Origin: Thermoflexus hugenholtzii JAD2
Lineage (GTDB): Bacteria; Chloroflexota; UBA11872; UBA12225
Direction: 5' to 3'
DNA: 54,339 nt
Assembly (NCBI GenBank): GCA_945907765.1
Contig: CAMDTO010000005.1
Coordinates: forward strand, 1-54,339
The notes beneath the pieces are model-generated. The model worked only from the letters and a program-made list of their open reading frames with translations. It was not told the DNA's origin and did no database searches. Made by a program: the position numbers and the translations under genes. This document shows, one piece after another, positions 27,227 through 36,951 of the stretch (position 1 is the stretch's first letter; each line of letters begins with the position of its first letter).

Positions 27227-29202
27227 TCACCCCCATGACGATTTCTCCAGAGTTGCCCCCGAACCTGCCACCACAGACGTGAACGGGTCACGTTCGGACA
27301 GTACTGGGTGTGGCTTGGTGTCACTGGCGAACATGTCCAGAGCGTGAGGCGCGCGGGTGGCCGCGACGTAGAAGACACGGCGGGCATCGTCGGTCAGTGC
27401 GTTGTCCTGCCAGGTAATCGGGTCCCGGGAGTGGTCCGGGCACGTGGGCATCAGGATGAACACCGTTGGAAAGTCGAGGCCCTTCGATCGACGCATTGTC
27501 ATGAGTTTCACGGTTGGCGCGCCCATGAGCATCTCGGTTCGACCGTCAATACTCGTCGAGGCGACCATCCGGTCCGTCAGGCGGTTCAGTATTTCTGTGC
27601 CGCGCGCATCTCCAAGATAGATGACCCCGATGAGCCCCGGGTTCACCTGGGTTGCGGCCTCGACGACCGCATCGAGCAACGCGTTCAACGCATCACCGGA
27701 CGACGTCCCGATGCAACGCTTCGGCGCGGGTCCGGGTCGGTCCGGATCGATAGCTGCCTCGGCAACGTCGTCGCGGGACTGATCGGCAACCCGCCCTGCC
27801 TTCGCGAGGTTCCAGACCTGCTGCGTGGTGCGGTAGTCCTTGGTAATCCATCGGCGGGTCGTCACGTGTGGTGCGATGGCATCCCTGATTGCTCTGAAAG
27901 GCCGGTTGTACCGGCGTTGGACCGGGTCACCGAACGCAAACAGTCCAGCACCGGTACCCGGCAGTTGCCGACGACACAGGTCGTTGATCCCCGGGGTTGC
28001 ATCCTGGACTTCATCAATGATGATTTCCCGATAGGGACGCACCGACGTTGATGAGGTGGTCAACGCGTCTGTCGCAAGCCGGGACAGGTCGTCCCAATCG
28101 GCGATGCCTTTGTCTCCGAGTTCCGCCTGGACCATCCCCCGACAGACCAGATAGCGTGACGCGCGCCCTCCCCGAGGCGTTCACCGCGCCATCCACGGTC
28201 AATGCCGGGATCGGCTTCGCGCGTCGTCAGGTTTGACTGCTTGATAACTGCCGAAATCTCTTCGTGGACGAACCGCCCGTTGCGTCTGCCAAGCGCGGTC
28301 CTCTGATCGTTCGTCAATCTCCCGAAATGCCCACCGGTCAGTTGGCGAAGAGTGTCCTTTGTGGGACCGTTCACGTTGCCCGGGAGTGCCGGGATTGTTC
28401 CACCCGAACGGACAATCAACTGCAGGCACCAGTCATGCATGGTCATGATCTCAACGTGGGAGGGAAGGGGACCGTTGGCGTGCGCCTCGGCCATCTGGCC
28501 GACTGCCTGGGCAAGTGGACGATTGAAACACCGGTAGAGGACCGGTCCGGCGGTCGGTTCAGACGCACATCTGACAAGGCGGTGCATTGCCATGACGGTC
28601 TTTCCCGTTCCTGGTCCACCGAGAACCAAACACGGTATCGCGGGGTTCATGTCGACCAAGTCACGCTGACGCTCATCGAGAGGTGTGAAGTTGGTTTCAA
28701 TCCCGCGGGGCATCATGTGCCGGAACTGGGCCAGGCCGTCAACGGCTCGCATTGTCTCGGCGAGAATTGGGAAACCTACCTGTCCGAGGAGTTGGTCCAC
28801 CGACCCGCATCGGGGCACATCGGCAATTTCGGCCAGGACGGTTTCGGCCTAGCTCGCATGTTCGTCCGTCCAGCGATATGCCTCCTAGTGATGGTCAACG
28901 TGGGCAAGTGCAATTTCCGTCTGGTTGACTGGTACCAGGATGAGCCTTGCCTCGCCGTCGACCCGTGCGGACCAGAACGAGCGTCTCTTTCCTCCCCCAA
29001 GTCTCTCGAGGTTGAGCCCAGGTGACCGATGGTTGGTTGAGAGGCGATCGACGCACCCATCGATCCTCTTGCGGAGATAGGGGTTCCGACGGTGGCGTTG
29101 AACGGATTTTGCGAATGAGGAGGTCGCCCAAATCCGCTCGACCTTCCGTATCGGAAGCACGTCTGCATCACGTGCACGTGAATTCATGATGGTTGCAGTC
29201 AT
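27227..29202 (-). pseudogene. Interrupted RelE-like-domain plus SF1 (UvrD-like) helicase fusion gene: two in-frame TAG codons and one frameshift
   Basis: ORFs 28885-29202 and 28060-28818 share one frame (TAG at 28885-28887 and 28849-28851); a shift at the C5 tract 28136-28140 joins 27227-28135; motifs GGPGTGKT, FNRPLA, IIIDEVQD, FGDPVQ, KDYRTT, MTMRRSKGLDF, YVAATRA. Confidence 0.85.
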
Positions 29203-29352
29203 CCCTCAAGGGAGTGGTTGATCTGACCGTGCGGTGCCATCGCAAATCGTAACGTGCGAAATATAGATGTCAAACACATTGTGCATCCGGCGACGGTCGA
29301 CACCGTCCACCACCAGTGGCGAGTGTTGGCGATGTGGCCTGATCATGGAGTG

Positions 29353-30381
29353 ATGACCAACGGAGAAGTTTCCGGGACGGGACGGGTTTGGGAAGAATCG
29401 AAGCATGGCATCCGGCATCTGCGCTGCACGGTTCCATTGATGGGTACCGATGGAAGGCATCCGGTTTGGCGGGTCGGCTCGGTCCTGCGCCACATCCTTG
29501 GTTTGTCCCAACCGGAGAGGGCGCGGGCGTGGCGCGACGGGGTTGTCGAGGTCAATGGCCTCAGGGTGGAAGCACAACACCGGCATTGCGTTCCCGGTGA
29601 CGTGGTGTCAGTGACCTTTCCCGATATCGTTTCCACCGTCATTCCGGAGCCGGGACTGAGCCTCGAAGTCATTTATGAGGATGCGTATCTCCTTGCGGTT
29701 GCGAAGCCCGCGGGCCAACTTGCCCATCCCGCCCGCAGTGAACAGACAGGCACGGTTGCAAATGCCGTGGCCGCGCGGTACCGCCTCGAAGGGCGATCGC
29801 TGGACGCCGTGCGTCCCATCCATAGGATTGACCGGGACACGTCCGGCGTTCTCCTGTTTGCGCGCGACAGTCGCACGGCGAGGCTTCTCTCTCGCCACCG
29901 TGACCGGTCACCACTCGAACGTGATTACCTGGCACTTGCCACAGGCAACGTGCCGGCGTCCGGGCACATTGCCGGGTGGATGGGTCCTGTACTGGGGCAT
30001 CTGACCAGGCAACGGATGGTTGACGAGGAAGAGGTGAGGTTGGCTCCTACCCATTCACCGACCGGCGATCCGTTGCCCAAGGTCGCCGGATGGAGTGAGA
30101 CCAACTTCCGTGCGGTCGCGCGCGGGCGCTCAGCCAGTTTGGTCGCCCTGCGACCGCGATCGGGTCGTACCCATCAATTGCGCCTGCACCTTGCGTCTGC
30201 AGGGCACCCGATCATTGGTGATGACCTGTACGGGGGCACGAACGAATACGGCATGGAGAGACAGGCGCTGCACGCGTGGCGGGTGACCTTCCGCCACCCG
30301 GAAACTGGCGTGCGGATCGAACTGGTTGCCCCCCTACCCAGTGACATCCGGCACGCGGTGGCCCGGGCGCTGGGGGTCTGA
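29353..30381 (+). CDS. RluA family 23S rRNA pseudouridine synthase with S4-like N-terminus
   Basis: VIYEDAYLLAVAKPAG..AHP, catalytic HRIDRDTSG, SGRTHQLRLHLAS.GHPIIGDDLYG, RQALHA; start uncertain. Confidence 0.95.
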   Translation: MTNGEVSGTGRVWEESKHGIRHLRCTVPLMGTDGRHPVWRVGSVLRHILGLSQPERARAWRDGVVEVNGLRVEAQHRHCVPGDVVSVTFPDIVSTVIPEPGLSLEVIYEDAYLLAVAKPAGQLAHPARSEQTGTVANAVAARYRLEGRSLDAVRPIHRIDRDTSGVLLFARDSRTARLLSRHRDRSPLERDYLALATGNVPASGHIAGWMGPVLGHLTRQRMVDEEEVRLAPTHSPTGDPLPKVAGWSETNFRAVARGRSASLVALRPRSGRTHQLRLHLASAGHPIIGDDLYGGTNEYGMERQALHAWRVTFRHPETGVRIELVAPLPSDIRHAVARALGV

Positions 30382-30514
30382 CGGACCGCGCGACTGATCC
30401 GACACGAGCCAGTCGCGCGATTGGACGTTGCCGGTTTGGCACAGTTCGTCACACCGGGATGACGCGTGCATGCGCGTGACGAGGTTTCGGTCGGGCCCTG
30501 AAAGGAAGGTCACG

Positions 30515-31012
30515 GTGGCATACCGCGAAATCGTGGCGATGCATCCGAACGGGGTGCGCGTCCAGGCTGCGCTTGAGGCGTGTGGGATCCGGACCAGGAT
30601 TGTCGAGACACTGGAGGGTTCACCAACTGCCGTCACGGCGGCGGCACAACTCGACATTGAAGTCGGACAGGTCGCGAACTCCCTGGTGTTTGAGGCCGAT
30701 GGCGACCCGTTGCTGGTGATCACTTCCGGGCAGCACCGCGCTGACCTGGGGCGGATCGCTGCATTCGTGGGGGCACAGACGGTGCGACGCCCCGGTGCGG
30801 AGTTTGTCCGGGAACACACCGGGCAACCGATCGGTGGCGTGGCGCCACTCGGTCACCCGAAACCGATCAGGACGGTTGTCGATCTGCACTTGGGGTCATG
30901 GGATGAGGTGTGGGCGGCCGGTGGGCATCCACATTATGTCTATCCGACGACGTTCGCCGAGTTGATGCAGGTAACCAACGGTCAGGCGTTCGATGTTGGC
31001 GTGAAGGCGTAG
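30515..31012 (+). CDS. YbaK/EbsC family aminoacyl-tRNA deacylase-like protein
   Basis: TAVTAAAQLDIEVGQVANSLVF, TGQPIGGVAPLGH, WAAGGHP; AAAGGAAGG upstream of GTG 30515. Confidence 0.9.
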   Translation: MAYREIVAMHPNGVRVQAALEACGIRTRIVETLEGSPTAVTAAAQLDIEVGQVANSLVFEADGDPLLVITSGQHRADLGRIAAFVGAQTVRRPGAEFVREHTGQPIGGVAPLGHPKPIRTVVDLHLGSWDEVWAAGGHPHYVYPTTFAELMQVTNGQAFDVGVKA

Positions 31013-31061
31013 CGGGGGTGCCCGTTCACGCGGATGCCCGGTTGTCGGATGGAGTTGGCGG

Positions 31062-31940
31062 GTGAACGCGCGCCAGGTGAGTCACTACATTTGCCTGGCG
31101 GTGATCTGGGGGATCTCTTTCACCCTGATCGTGCGGGTTGTGGCTGTGTTCGGTTGGGTCGGTGCGGTGTCGCTCCGGGCGTTTGCCGCCTGCGTGATCC
31201 TCGGCGTGCTTGCAGTTGCAATGCGGCGCCGGCTGAATTTCGGAGGTGCGTGGCGACCCCTCGCCATGGTTGGGTCAACGACCGTGGCAGGGCAACTCCT
31301 GGGGCTCTCCTTTGCGACGCCCCGAATTGGCACGGCAATGGCGGCAATCATCGTGGGAACAATCCCGCTCTTCTCAATGGTGATCGGGCAGGCTTGGGGC
31401 ATCGAGAAGGTCACGCGCAATGGGCGGATTGGACTTGTTCTCGGGATCGGGGGCATCGTCTTGCTCGTTGGCTTTCCTTCAGTGCCGTTCACGTCAGACT
31501 TCGCCATCGGCTGTGCGGCATCACTCTTCGGATCGTTTTCGGCGGCGATCGGCAGCAATGTCGCCCGCAACTCGCTTCAGGCAGTTGGGTCGTGGGAGCA
31601 GACGATCGGCGCATTCCTGTTCGGTGGGATCGTGGCATTCCCTCTGCTCATGGTGGTGCCGGTACCTGTCACCCCAACGCTCGCTGATGTTGGGGAACTC
31701 TTCCTCCTGGCGGGACTTTGCAGTTGCCTCACCTACATCATGTACTTCCGGCTGGTTGCTGAGGTCGGAGCGACAATCGCGATCAGCGTCGAATTCGCGG
31801 TCACACTGGTGGCCGTTGCGATTGGCGCGGTGCTCTTGGGTGAACGGCTGACGCCCGCCCAAATCGTGGGTGGGGTCACGATTTCGGTTGGGTGCGCGCT
31901 CGTCCTCGACCTCGTTCCTGCGCGGTGGGCGTCTGGATGA
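31062..31940 (+). CDS. DMT superfamily (EamA) transporter
   Basis: About ten TM helices in two repeats; LAVIWGISF, GTIPLFS, LLGERLTPAQIVGG. Confidence 0.9.
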   Translation: MNARQVSHYICLAVIWGISFTLIVRVVAVFGWVGAVSLRAFAACVILGVLAVAMRRRLNFGGAWRPLAMVGSTTVAGQLLGLSFATPRIGTAMAAIIVGTIPLFSMVIGQAWGIEKVTRNGRIGLVLGIGGIVLLVGFPSVPFTSDFAIGCAASLFGSFSAAIGSNVARNSLQAVGSWEQTIGAFLFGGIVAFPLLMVVPVPVTPTLADVGELFLLAGLCSCLTYIMYFRLVAEVGATIAISVEFAVTLVAVAIGAVLLGERLTPAQIVGGVTISVGCALVLDLVPARWASG

Positions 31941-32010
31941 TTCCCGTCGGTGCAGCACTTGCGTACAGTAGGCGAACGATTTCCCCCGTCAGGGATCAGC
32001 GGGAGCAGTG

Positions 32011-33219
32011 ATGAGTTTCGACATTCCAACATTGCGCGCGCAGTTTCCATCACTCGCCTCCGGGATTGCTCATTTCGATGGTCCCGGTGGCACGCAGGCG
32101 CCGCGCCAAGTCGGCGAGGCTATTGCGTCGACCTTGACGGGACCACTCTCGAACCGGGGTCGGTCGGTCCGGTCGGAACGGAATGCTGATGACGCCGTGA
32201 CCGCCTTCCGGCAGGCGTTCGGTGACTTCCTCGGGATAGACCCACGGGGCATCGTCTATGGGCGCAGTGCCACGCAGATTGTCTACGACTTCTCGCGCAA
32301 CCTCGCGAAGGGGTGGGGTCCGGGAGACGAAGTGATCGTCTCGCGCCTCGATCACGACTCCAATATCCGTCCGTGGATACAGGCTGCCGAGGCAGTCAGC
32401 GCAACGGTGCGATGGCTTGGGTTTGATCCGGAGACGGGCGAGGTCGACATGGCGTCCCTCAACGCGATGCTTGGTCCACAAACGCGAATTGTCGCGATCA
32501 CCGCGGCATCGAACCTGATTGGCACCAAGCCTGCGGTTCGGGCGGTTGCTGATTTGGCGCACGCGGCCGGGGCTCTGACATGGGTGGATGGTGTGCATCA
32601 CGCGGCACATGAATTCGTCGACATGACTGCACTCGGGGCAGACTTCTACGTCTGTTCTCCGTACAAGTTCCTTGGCCCCCACTGCGCAGTCCTCGGGTCA
32701 ACGCCCGCTGTCCTGGAGACCATCGCACCCGACAAGTTGCTGCCTGCGACGAACGTCGTTCCGGAACGATTCGAATTCGGCACCCTGCCGTACGAGATGA
32801 TGGCCGGTGCGACCGCGGCGGTCGATTTCATTTCCGGGATTGCACCGGGCCTTGCGGTGGCGAGGCGGGACCGCTTGCGTGCGTCCTATTCGGCAATCCA
32901 TGTGCACGAGACGCGTCTGCGGAACCGGATTGAGTCCGCGTTGGCAGAACTTGGTGAGTGGTACGAGATGCATTCACGTGCTGCCGACCGCACACCGACA
33001 CTGCTTGCGACCGTCTCGGGTGGCCGGTCGGCTGAGGCGTCACGGTTTCTTGCATCCCGCGACGTTCAGGCACCGGCGGGTTCCTTCTACGCCTACGAGG
33101 CGTTCAAGCATCTCGGTTCCGGGGACACCCACGGTTTGCGGATGGGCCTGGCTCCGTACAACGACGACGACGACGTCGACCGCCTGATCGATGGCCTGCG
33201 GTCATTCGTCGGCGCGTGA
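32011..33219 (+). CDS. Cysteine desulfurase-like PLP-dependent class V aminotransferase (VC1184-like subfamily)
   Basis: LRAQFPSL...HFDGPGGTQ, RLDHDSNIRPW, WVDGVH, PLP-lysine motif SPYKFLGPH, RFEFGTLP. Confidence 0.92.
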   Translation: MSFDIPTLRAQFPSLASGIAHFDGPGGTQAPRQVGEAIASTLTGPLSNRGRSVRSERNADDAVTAFRQAFGDFLGIDPRGIVYGRSATQIVYDFSRNLAKGWGPGDEVIVSRLDHDSNIRPWIQAAEAVSATVRWLGFDPETGEVDMASLNAMLGPQTRIVAITAASNLIGTKPAVRAVADLAHAAGALTWVDGVHHAAHEFVDMTALGADFYVCSPYKFLGPHCAVLGSTPAVLETIAPDKLLPATNVVPERFEFGTLPYEMMAGATAAVDFISGIAPGLAVARRDRLRASYSAIHVHETRLRNRIESALAELGEWYEMHSRAADRTPTLLATVSGGRSAEASRFLASRDVQAPAGSFYAYEAFKHLGSGDTHGLRMGLAPYNDDDDVDRLIDGLRSFVGA

Positions 33220-33334
33220 CCGGGATGCGTGTGGTGCGGTCAGGCGAGAACAGTCGTGTTGACAGAAAAATGATGGGTGCGACGTCGCCGTGGTCGCCCG
33301 TGTCTCACTTGGTAGGGACGCCAGGTGTGGGGCG

Positions 33335-33916
33335 ATGACGACCACAGGTCCACTCCGGGCTGACGCGGTGCGGAACCGTGCGCTCATTTTGGATGCCACT
33401 CGCGAACTCGTGCGTGTGCACGGTCCCGATGTTGGCATGGACCAGATTGCCCGGGCGGCGGGTGTCGCGGTTGGCACCCTGTACCGCCACTTTCCGACAA
33501 AGGCTGATCTCGTCGGGGCGGTCGTGAGCGAGTTCTTCGACGTCGTTGCAGATGATGCGGAGGCGACCCTGGCGCGGGTACTGGCTGGGGAACCACCGGC
33601 GGGTGAACTCAAGGCGTTTCTTTCCCGGGTGCTCGAGGCCGGCGCATCGAACCAGGTGGCGAAGACGGCAGCCAAGGAGTTGGCTGCTTCCGGCGAGAAC
33701 CCCGAGGCCGACGCAAGGATCCCGGTCGCGGTCAACGGGATCATCGCTGCTGGTCGGTCGACCGGCGACTTGCGGGACGACCTCACCGTCCTGGACATCT
33801 ACCTGCTTGCCGGGACCGCACCCAGCGAGGCATCCCCAACCGTTCGCGAACGATGGTTGTCGTTGGTCACGCACGGAGTGTTCGCTCGAGGAGCGACTGC
33901 GGCTCCCGGTTCCTGA
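33335..33916 (+). CDS. TetR/AcrR family transcriptional regulator
   Basis: LRADAVRNRALILDA...GMDQIARAAGVAVGTLYRHFPTKADL. Confidence 0.93.
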   Translation: MTTTGPLRADAVRNRALILDATRELVRVHGPDVGMDQIARAAGVAVGTLYRHFPTKADLVGAVVSEFFDVVADDAEATLARVLAGEPPAGELKAFLSRVLEAGASNQVAKTAAKELAASGENPEADARIPVAVNGIIAAGRSTGDLRDDLTVLDIYLLAGTAPSEASPTVRERWLSLVTHGVFARGATAAPGS

Positions 33917-34041
33917 ACCGACGTGGTTGAGGCGAGCTTGGCTGACTGCCGTGAGTAGTGCGGACACATGTTCTGATCTCACTCCCGAAGCGGTCACGTC
34001 CCAGGCAACTGGGCATCATCGTTCCTGGCGGGTCACCCGGT

Positions 34042-34827
34042 TCACCTTTTGGCCACGACCGCCCGTGCGATCGTCATCGCCAGGCGCCTCGGCGAGAACC
34101 GGCTTCCCGTCGCGAGGACAGTGTTCAGTCCGCCGTCAACGATGCTCGGACGATCCTGTTCGAGACCGCGGAAGGTTGTCGCAACGACCTGTTCGACCGA
34201 TCGCTTTGGTCTCGCTGCAATGCGTGTGCTGGTGGCATTGGCGGCCGTGAAGAACGGAGTATCAGTGGCGCCTGGGCAGATGGCGACCACACGAACCCCG
34301 GTGCCACGGACTTCGTCCCAGAGCGCTTCGGTGAACGAAAGCACGAAGGCTTTGGTGGCAGCATAGACCGCCATCGTCGGGACTGGTTGGAATGCGGCCG
34401 TGCTGGCGACATTCACGACGACACCACGCCGGTTCGCGACCATCCGAGGCAACGTTGCACGGGTCAGTTCGACAAGTGCCGTGCAATTCAGGGTGACCAT
34501 TGAGGAAAGTCGGTGTGGGTCGGCAGTTGCGACGTCGCCGTTGTCCCCGAACCCCGCGTTGTTCACGACACCGTCCACGTGATGGCCGGCCCGCCCAATG
34601 AGTTCGAGAAGCCCTGCGGTGGCGTCCGGCACGGCAAGGTCGGTCGAAATCGGTTCCGCAGTGATCCCGTGGCGCTCATGGAGTTGGGACGCCAAGGTTC
34701 CCAGACGATCGCCCGAGCGAGCCACGAGGATCAGGTTTGCACCACGCCTGGCGAACTCTTGCGCGTACCCCGTGCCGATCCCGGACGATGCGCCGGTGAT
34801 CAGGATGGTTTGCCCATCAAATCTCAT
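34042..34827 (-). CDS. Classical SDR oxidoreductase
   Basis: LITGASSGIG, VVNNAG, VNVASTAAFQP, YAATK (YxxxK), AICPGATDT. Confidence 0.95.
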   Translation of the reverse strand: MRFDGQTILITGASSGIGTGYAQEFARRGANLILVARSGDRLGTLASQLHERHGITAEPISTDLAVPDATAGLLELIGRAGHHVDGVVNNAGFGDNGDVATADPHRLSSMVTLNCTALVELTRATLPRMVANRRGVVVNVASTAAFQPVPTMAVYAATKAFVLSFTEALWDEVRGTGVRVVAICPGATDTPFFTAANATSTRIAARPKRSVEQVVATTFRGLEQDRPSIVDGGLNTVLATGSRFSPRRLAMTIARAVVAKR

Positions 34828-34979
34828 GGTGCATGCTCCCGTGTTCGTGCCGATGTGATGAAGCGGTCTGCCCGTCACTGCTCATCTAGGTGTGCTGGCA
34901 ACCACGTACCCGTCCGACTGGGCGCTTTTTTCGGTGGCAACACCCGCCGTAGCGCGCTCAGGTGGTTGTCTACGAGAGG

Positions 34980-34996
34980 TGTGACAAGTGGTCACA
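34980..34996. promoter_or_regulatory. Perfect inverted repeat TGTGAC-N5-GTCACA, candidate operator upstream of the SDR gene
   Basis: Seen directly in the 289-nt intergenic region, about 150 nt upstream of the SDR start. Confidence 0.35.
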
Positions 34997-35116
34997 TGAC
35001 GGGTCAATACTGGCAGGAACACCGCGTTCAGGAGGTTGCGTCTTGGTTCCGATCATGCCTTGGACGCCCCGCACCCCAATGTGGTTCGAAACAGTGCTGG
35101 TATCGGTCTCGGCGCG

Positions 35117-35911
35117 TCACGCAGGCTGGGCATCGGGACCGGCATCGCGCGGGCGGTACTTGAGACCCCGCGGGTGAGGCACCTGCCCAAGCGGGTGGAA
35201 ATTCTGCACGGCCTCATCCCACCGAACCACGCGTAGGGGCATCACGCCGCCGTCCTCGAACTGGACGACTGGTTCGCGTCCTTGCGGTCCGACCGGATAG
35301 CTGTCAAGTTCAATGTCTGAAAGCAGGGATGCCCGACCGCTTGCCAACTGGTCGACGATCCGTTCGGCGTGCGGGGATGGAGGCAACCAAGCCTTTGGGA
35401 TCCACGCCGGAATTTCGGTGCTTGAGTGGAGTTCGGACGTTTGGCTTGAGAGACCGTCCGGCCATCCGCGATGACCCCGGAGTATGGCGTATGCACGGGC
35501 AAGCGCAATTGCGCCTTCCTGATGGCGTCGCAAGGCCCCCTCCATGTCGTTGGCCACCTGGCGCACCTCTTCCGCTTGGTCAACCAGGGCTCGGGCATCA
35601 AGCCCCGTGTTCCCCGGGGTGACCGCCTCCCTGATACGGGAGGCTTCACGTTCCGCCACAGGCATGTCAGGCGGGACGACCGCATCAAGACGTGCAAGCA
35701 GATGACGTACTTCGTCACGGAACGCCTCATACTCGGTGAGCCGACCAGACATCCGGCGGAGCATGTACATGCCATCTTCCAGGAGCGAACCCAGAGACGC
35801 GCGCCCCTGCCCGGAACCCGCAAGCTGCGTCTCCTCAGTGAGGATCCGCTTGAACTCGTCGGTGCCTCCACAGACATCCGAATAGCGCGTCACGCGATGG
35901 GCTCCGGCCAT
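35117..35911 (-). CDS. Hypothetical protein with helical/coiled-coil N-terminal half
   Basis: Strong RBS AAGGAG upstream of ATG 35911; fills the intergenic space; no family recognised. Confidence 0.75.
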   Translation of the reverse strand: MAGAHRVTRYSDVCGGTDEFKRILTEETQLAGSGQGRASLGSLLEDGMYMLRRMSGRLTEYEAFRDEVRHLLARLDAVVPPDMPVAEREASRIREAVTPGNTGLDARALVDQAEEVRQVANDMEGALRRHQEGAIALARAYAILRGHRGWPDGLSSQTSELHSSTEIPAWIPKAWLPPSPHAERIVDQLASGRASLLSDIELDSYPVGPQGREPVVQFEDGGVMPLRVVRWDEAVQNFHPLGQVPHPRGLKYRPRDAGPDAQPA

Positions 35912-36072
35912 GGGTCACTCCTTGGGGCGCGAACGGCGTGGGGCGCAGATCCGTCTGGCCGTCCTCCCCGGTTCCCGGGTCAATCGTTCCCAGTAGCGCC
36001 GTGGCACTGTACCCAGATTGTAGTGAGTTGGCGGTTCGGATCCGAGGGCGCTGGACCGCCAGGGATGGGAAA

Positions 36073-36951
36073 TCACCCCTTGAGGTCTTTGGCGCTGAGC
36101 ACGCGGTCAGTGCCTACCCCGAGTTCGTGAAGGATTGCGCGGCCGAACCCGATGTCGCCGGCGCGTTCCAGGTGGTGCGCATCGCTTCCAAGCGAGAAGC
36201 GCGCACCACGTTCGGCCGCTCTCTCGATGAACTGTCGGTGAGGCACCCGGCTCTTGCTGTTGAGTTCGATTGCGACGTCATGGCGCAAGCACAGGTCGAT
36301 GGTTGCGTCTAGCCACTCGCGGGCGAGACTATCAGGTTGGGGATCGCTTGTGGGATCAATCGCAGCCGGTGAAATTGCGGTCACGTCCGCCTGTTCGGGA
36401 AACAGGGCGAAGTGGCCAAGGATGCGCACCGGCATCGTCTCTAGTGTGACGGCAAGCATTCGCAGCCACTCGTCGAAATAATCCCGACGGTCATATCCGG
36501 CCACCGTTGGCACGTATCGCGGATACATGCCAAAGCGCCAGTTGAGATATGCGGCAGACGTGACGCGCCCTTGCGGTACATCCACTTGATGCAGGCTCGC
36601 AATAAGGTAATCGAACTCGTCAAGGACACCGGAAGCGACGGCGATACGGGCCTCGTCACTCACGTCACCGACCGAGACCTCCGCCCCGACGATCACTGGA
36701 AGTGCGGACAGTGCTGTGATGTAGCCCGTGAGATCTTCAACTGACCGCAGGCGTCGGTTGTCCATCAGGATGTGATCGGAAAGGCCAAGGACCACACCGT
36801 GCCGCGAGGCTTCGGCGATCATCGCGTCGTGGGTCGCTCGCCCGTCCGAGAAGAATGAGTGGCTGTGCCAGTCGATGGAGAGACCGTCTGAATGCACCGA
36901 GTGGGGTCGTTCACCCGCTAGGATGCGTGGTGTTGATGGCATCAAGAACAT
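36073..36951 (-). CDS. PHP domain phosphoesterase (HisJ/YcdX-like)
   Basis: DWHSHSFFSDG (HxH), LSDH, IASLH, ILGH, AIELN, FSLGSDAH. Confidence 0.88.
   Translation of the reverse strand: MFLMPSTPRILAGERPHSVHSDGLSIDWHSHSFFSDGRATHDAMIAEASRHGVVLGLSDHILMDNRRLRSVEDLTGYITALSALPVIVGAEVSVGDVSDEARIAVASGVLDEFDYLIASLHQVDVPQGRVTSAAYLNWRFGMYPRYVPTVAGYDRRDYFDEWLRMLAVTLETMPVRILGHFALFPEQADVTAISPAAIDPTSDPQPDSLAREWLDATIDLCLRHDVAIELNSKSRVPHRQFIERAAERGARFSLGSDAHHLERAGDIGFGRAILHELGVGTDRVLSAKDLKG

Noticed and set aside
27227-29202. Gabija or a canonical RelBE/ParDE toxin-antitoxin locus
   Set aside because: No GajA-like OLD nuclease and no small antitoxin ORF adjacent; the RelE-like part is in frame with the helicase
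34980-34996. Canonical CRP box
   Set aside because: The spacer between TGTGA and TCACA is 7 nt rather than 6; kept only as a generic palindrome
34828-35236. Small ORFs (34962-35177, 35036-35236) in the SDR upstream region
   Set aside because: No RBS or protein-like composition, and they partly overlap the opposite-strand gene
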